From the human T2T-CHM13v2.0 reference genome, Homo sapiens, in NCBI RefSeq assembly GCF_009914755.1, contig NC_060937.1: a DNA stretch of 64,000 nucleotides, one strand, 5' to 3'. The first letter of the stretch is position 1, and each line of letters opens with the position of its first letter. The notes under the pieces are model-generated. The model was not told the origin of the DNA. It worked only from the letters and a program-made list of their open reading frames with translations, and searched no databases. Made by a program: the position numbers and the translations under genes. Positions 57,701-64,000 of the stretch are shown here, piece after piece.

Positions 57701-59209
57701 GCATAGTTTAATGAGTGGAGTACTTTCAAGGTGAGAGTTAGGAAAGATAATTGAAGTAAACTAATATTACTACATGTAATATTAGTTTGCAAGTTGATCC
57801 AGTTTGCAAGTTGATCCAGTTTCCATATGATCAGCATTATTAGGCAATAGATGACATATCAGAGTGCTTTTCAAGATTTGCTGAAGTAGAAATTATACAG
57901 ATTTCATCCTCAAGATACGTAATCCCTATGTTTCTAATATTCTTCATGTAAGACTTTCAAATAAGTCCTCAGGCTCAAATATATGACACTTTTTATTTTT
58001 AGTAATGTATAAATTTAGCAGTAAGAGTATATTAATATCATTATTCTTTATATACATGGATATAATATAATCTAAATGACAAGACCAAGCACATTTTGAA
58101 GATAAGCTAATATACTCAAAAATGTTATTCATACAACTATTCCATCTATCCATTGTAGACTTCACCCCAAGAATACAATTCCCTGTTGTCTATTATTTCT
58201 AGGAATACACTCATTTTTATTGTAAGTCATTTATATACATAGATAAATTACATAAATGAACATAAAAATAAATGATTATATATGATCTTTCTTTTTTTCT
58301 CCACCTCTCCTTAATGTATGTGTTAGTTTTCTCTATATGCATATATTTTATAAATGCTGGCTCCCACCTTATTTTAAGGAAGTATAATGTGTTAGTCACA
58401 GATGTAAGGAGAAGGGATAAAGAAAAACTATCAAAGGATTGTTATATAGGAAATTACAGTCATTTTCTTCTGCTGGATTTTGGTGTAACTACTAAACTCT
58501 TCTAAACAAAACTTTACTTAGTTGTTTAATCAAGATAGTAAAATAATTTATCTCATGAAGCAGTAAATGAGTTAAAACCTGAAAAATATTTTGGCGCAGC
58601 CTAGTCAGTAGAAAAACTCAATAAATGTTAGCGCCTGTGGCAGGATTGCTATATGCTATTTATTATGAGTTAAGAGGCATGGTGCTTAATAGATTGGATA
58701 TGCTACTTTGCATTGTGCTTAGAAGGTTGAATTTGTCCTGTGCAAAAATTTATATAAATATAAACCAGGTGTCTCACACTTATTCAGCCTTCAGGGGTGG
58801 GTCAAACTTCCCTTTAATGCCTAAATACCAATAGCCTGTGTCCCTTTGTGTATTATGGCAGAAAATCTAGCCTTTTATGGGGTTTCTCTCCCTAGGTATT
58901 TCTAAGAATCCCTATAAAATGCTAATATGTCCCACAACTTTTTCATAGTTGCTGCTTGAACTTCAGTGAGCCAACTGATTCCAGAAGCCTGTAGCACTTT
59001 TCCACACTCAAACTTTGTGGGTTTTTTTGTTCTGACTTTTTTTGGGGGCACATGCTGTCCCTTCCCATGGCACAGCACAACTGCTAGGCTGCATCCAGCC
59101 TTGGCCCTGACCTCCTAAAATTCAGGTAAAATCAGACTTTCACTCTACATGCCTTTAATAAAAGCTTGCAGGGCACAGAATAGAAACTCATGCAGAAAGC
59201 TTTGTATTT

Positions 59210-59660
59210 ATGAAGTTTTTAGTGAGTAATGCTGCTTTATACATAACCAGGAAACCCAAAGGCTTGCAACAACAGCCATTCCCTGCTCTTGAAACTGCTG
59301 GGAAGATTTCGGCTCACTCTGGGTCTGTTGGGATGGGCTGGATGTGATTCTAGGCTATAGCTTAAGTCTAGATCAGCTGCATGCATCTTCTCATTTGGGG
59401 ACCTGTGGCGGCATGAATAATGTTGCTCCGACAAATGGCAGAAGCACAGGAGGCCAATCCAAATCACACACGTTTACTTAGAGCCTCTGCTCATGTTAGG
59501 TCTGCAACATTTCTGTTGACTGATGCAAGTCAATGGCCAAGACCAGAGCCACTGGCCAAGGAAAATGTGCAGTCGACATAAATTCCTGAAGGCTCTGCAA
59601 GGTCACATGACAAAGAGGAGACGTGTCAGTCATCCTGTTACAGGAGGAAGTAAAGATGAG
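59210..59660 (-). mobile_element. Old MLT1I/J-like LTR
   Basis: ggcttgcaacaacagccatt...atggcagaagcacagga...gcctctgctcatg...gcaagtcaatggccaag. Confidence 0.6.
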
Positions 59661-60010
59661 CATAGTAAGCTGGTCATCAGGTAGAACTGCTCAAAAACTT
59701 CATAAGCTAAGCCGTCTCCAAAGGAGTTTCAGTAATGGTCATTTCCCCATTGCCTGCAGTTTTACTGCATTTTATAAGAGCCAGATTCCTGGTGAAGTGC
59801 CTTTGACAGATTTCTTACCAGAAAGAGAAATGTAGTGCCCAGAGAAGGGGAGAAGGGTAAATGGTTTCCTAGAAGAAATAGTCTGCCAAGATGGAATTCT
59901 ACTAACAATAAGGAAAGTATTTTACAATATTTAACAAATTATAAGACTTGTTTTATTCCCGATTTTCTCAAACTGCCATGTTCCTGGGGGGAAAAAGAAA
60001 GGATCTTTCT

Positions 60011-60073
60011 CTTCCTTCCTTCCTTCCTTTCTTCCTTCCTTCCTTCCTTCCTTCCTTCCTTCCTTCCTTCCTT
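60011..60073. repeat. (TTCC)n STR
   Basis: Read directly from the sequence. Confidence 0.95.
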
Positions 60074-62315
60074 CTCTATATAACCAAATAACCCATTTTG
60101 GTTTTTTTCCTCTAACCCAAAGTCACAGTGAATTCCTAATCATGTATTCAAGCTGCCTCTATGGAAAAAGGTAGTATTTCCATAGGTGTGAAGTGGCAGT
60201 CTTTCTTTACTTCCAGTCCTCAATATATCCAAATATTGGGAGATCTAGTCTCAGCCAAGGCCCTACAATGCAAATACGAGAGCTGCAAAAGTGTTTGGCT
60301 AATCTAAGAAACCTCAGAGGTAAATAGATAGATAGACTCTAGGAATGGTAGGTGAGAACCTAATGATACATGTATGATGACTGCAGAAATTTTCCAGTAG
60401 TAACTGGAAAGATTTTTGTTGCTTTTCTGGATTTCTTAAGAAAGGAGTCCATCCTCAGTCCAGTTACTCCAATGGAGAGGCTACCTGCAGAAAAACGTTT
60501 AATGGAGCCACGGGTGAAAGAATGAAGAAAGACTGCATTAGAATGGACAATTCTGCAAAGATTAGGAGAGGCTGGTTAAAGATGAGATGGATGGTACTTT
60601 AAGTAAAACCTTAAGATGAGTTTATGTCCTAAAAACATGTTTGCAAGTCCCTGGTTATGATCTTGTTAGCTTGGGGTTGTCGGATATGCCAATTTGCATT
60701 ACCCGAGGGTTTGTCGCTGCTTATGCTGTCAGTGATACCTCAGCTACCTGAGATAGTCATGACGGGAGAGTTTGACAGTAATACACTGAGTCTTAAGTCA
60801 AATTTTCAGTAAAACACAATGAAATATATACTAAAAGATGCTCAACCCAGGCAAGTAAATTTAAAAAAAATACACAAAATTGAAATAAATTAAAGACATT
60901 TTATTTACATTTTGCTAAACAGATAGGAGTAGAAAGATTTGTGTTTATGCATATAGACACTGGGCATAAAGTCAGGGGTGAAAATAGCAACGATTAAGAT
61001 TTTTAAAAGTCAATGTCTAAGAATTAAAAAGTAACAAAATTAAACACTTTGTACATATATGATTATCAAAATTAATTTTAGTAAAGATTAAATTGCGTTA
61101 AGAAAAAAAGTACATTGCTTATACAGTTATATTTTTTCCCACTCATAGCAAAAAAATGAAAAGAGAAGAGTGAGTCCTGATGTCATTCAGTATCATTAAA
61201 CTCAGTAAACTCCAAGCTAGTTTTGCCAGAATCTGACACACTTGCAGGGAAATAAGAAAATCAATAGTTTTTGGACCCAAAGCATAGGAAGTGTCACAAG
61301 ACTTGTTCTTAAAATCTCCTCCATGTGTGGTTCAGATCTACCTGAGACTGGGCTCTGGAGGAAGCTAGCCCGGGTAGAAAACACAGAGACTCAGCAGGAG
61401 GCACAGATGGTCTCTGAAGGACTCTGCATGTTCACTTAGAAGGAGAAATTAAAATAAATCACATATCACTTATTTCACAAGGATGGCACAGGTCAAAGTT
61501 ACAGAAAGGTGCAGTTGAGGGAAAATCATGTTCTGAGTAAGGTAGAAAAAATGACAATGGGCAGTGAGGAAAAACCAAGAGTTCCTGTGTAGGAAAAAAA
61601 ATCCATTTTGTTCTACTGTCTCCAAAGATATCTTCTTCAAAACTAATATTCATTTATATAATAGGCCAGATGTTCTGCTTTGACTATATTAGTGGAACAC
61701 TCTAATGGCTGACGAGAGAAATAGGTACACAGCTGAGTCCAAGTAGAAGAAGTACATAGTTTCTTGGGAAACTTTCTTGGAAGGGGCTGCTCCATGGAGC
61801 CAAGCCAATAACAAGGTAATTTGGTGAAAATCAACAGTTAGCTGTGCCTGACCTCGTGAAAAAATAAAATTGCATGAAACAATGAAAAGGCATAAAACAG
61901 AAATTCTAAAACACAGAAGTGAAGAGGTTGTTTTCCCATTAATTTGCCAAGGGGATAACTAAGGTGTATTTCTAGATGACAGAATCCAGACTTTCCAGTC
62001 GCCTGTGGAGAATGTGCTGCATTCCTCTCCAGAGGAGAGGCAGTGCCAGCCCAGCTATGTGCGATCTGACACCTGTGCAGCAATGTACCTGTAATTTGCA
62101 TCAGACAGGACCGATGAGAGCTTTCACTTGTGTGCAAGAGCAGTCTTCTCCAGATTGTGGCATTGTACTTTAAATTACTATTCTCCCTTGATTGTCAAAA
62201 TGGCCATGTTCAACAAATATGTTCTTTGGTCATTTTCACTTCTTGTTCCACTTGCTTTTATAGTTGTGTACTCTCTCCGTCTCTCCTTTTAAGTTTCTTC
62301 AAGCATAACTTACAA

Positions 62316-62363
62316 TTAGGTTGGTGCAAAAGTAATTAGTGCAATAACTTTTGCACCAACTTA
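62316..62363. mobile_element. Internally deleted MADE1 (Hsmar1 MITE)
   Basis: TTAGGTTGGTGCAAAAGTAATT ... gcaataACTTTTGCACCAAC, the Hsmar1 inverted repeats. Confidence 0.88.
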
Positions 62364-64000
62364 GTTTCTCAAGTGGACTTGTGAAGATGTTTTCTGTATC
62401 TTTTCCCCCATTTCTACACAATTTCACATTAAAGTTGGTCTCAAATGATCCTCCTTTTTGTAATCATGTTGTTTTTTATCTCCTACTCTAGCTAACCTTC
62501 CTAATAGAGAATATCAGTTTTCACAATTGATCACCTGTTGACTATGGGCTGAAGGGTCCCTGCATTGTCCATTGTGATATCCCATGTCAAATTTTAAAAG
62601 TGACAATTTTATTCAAAACCATGAGAATAATATTTGTTTTATATGTCTGAAAATATCATAAATGCAGGTGATGCTGCACTTCAAAAAGTCTTTCTTCATG
62701 TTTTTTTTTTTTTCATTTGTTTTTTCCATAGATGGGATGTGATAGCACATCTCTCTGCGTGGTGATTCATTTCTTATCTTTAAATTCCATATGACGGAAA
62801 ATATTCCTGTTATAGATAAGCTAGGACCAGGGACATTCTCAAGTGTGACATTCAGTGCCTACAGTGTGTGGGCACACTTAACAGTTCTTTCCCAAAATTT
62901 CATACAGTTTCTTATCATCATATTAAACATGCTTTCTCATATAAATGTCTAAATTAAAATGAATGTACTATGAAACTCAATTATGAATAAGAGAATTAGT
63001 ATGCAGGATCACTATTTCAAATTAGAAATGTAGTGGATATATATATATATACATTTTTTTTTTAATCACACATTGATGCTTTCTTCTTCTCTGGTCAGCA
63101 AACCTCAATTTTTCTCTGGAGGAAAATATAACAATATTAATACATATAGATTACACTAATTATTTGTTTATTTGGCTGTGTACATATATTTGTGTATAAA
63201 TATATATGTTCATATCCACATATCCTAGTACATAATATTTAAAAATGATTCTAGTCATTTGAAGTAAGAATTTGTTAGCCCTAGAAAGCATTGAAGATAA
63301 ACAAAATTTCTTTTAAATTGCAAAAAGTGGTAATTCATACTTAAATGTCTTGAATATTTGAAGACAAAAATTGTCATATAAGGATCCCACGTTTGCTCTA
63401 AAAATGTCTATAATGGAGTTTGGTACCTCTTGTGTAACACTGTATGCACTGCATTTTGTTACACTTATTATACAAATTGAAATGAATAATAATTTGCAGT
63501 TTTACATCCCATGAATATTTTCTGTATTCTCCAGCAGTAGTTAATATGCTAACCAACTTTACTGAAAGGCATACAGATGTGGAAGAAATCTATCTGGGGA
63601 CTTTAATTATCACCTTGTCAAATTCAAATTATTATCTTGTGAATTCATTTCCATAAAGTATCCCCTTTGCTGTTCCATGATTTAACATGTGTCTACTTTA
63701 AAAAAATCTTATTTGTATCTATCTGGAGGCTTTAATCCTTTCAAAGAAGATAGTTCCCTTTCAGACTGTGATGTTTACCGTAAAGTATTTGGTCAAATAC
63801 ATTTTTGTAAACACTTCTTTTTGGCAGAAGAAAGGTATGTGCAATGTATCAAGTAGACTTACTATCGATAATGCCCCATAAATCCGATTGAAAACTACCT
63901 TTTTAATAAATAATGTCAACCTAAAGGGGATACTAAAATGAAGACATTATGATCAACCCTAAGCTGTAATTTGAATGATCATCCGTGCTGCATGGTAGTT

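Overview
Human (primate) genomic DNA, AT-rich and dense in repeats. It is recognisable as the DAOA (G72) / DAOA-AS1 (G30) locus at 13q33. I reconstructed the full 153-aa pLG72 CDS from four GT-AG exons on the + strand: 30513-30556, 31277-31365, 36763-36910 and 54128-54308 (462 nt). A non-coding terminal exon follows at 55139 to about 55260. An alternative cassette exon at 39204-39297 gives a 126-aa isoform. This haplotype encodes Lys30. The antisense lncRNA G30 crosses the gene on the - strand, with a poly(A) signal at 23303-23308. The rest is Alu, L1, L2, MIR, MaLR/ERVL LTR and DNA-transposon relics plus microsatellites. I found no new enzymatic or prokaryote-type system. The most interesting points are: (i) the first and last coding exons are exonised MLT1 LTRs, so the gene looks built de novo from transposon sequence; (ii) the stop codon lies 111 nt upstream of the last exon junction, so the canonical mRNA is a predicted NMD substrate, apparently because the host LTR lost its own poly(A) signal; (iii) a stronger upstream acceptor truncates the ORF to 16 aa. 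Repeat subfamily names and boundaries are by eye and approximate.
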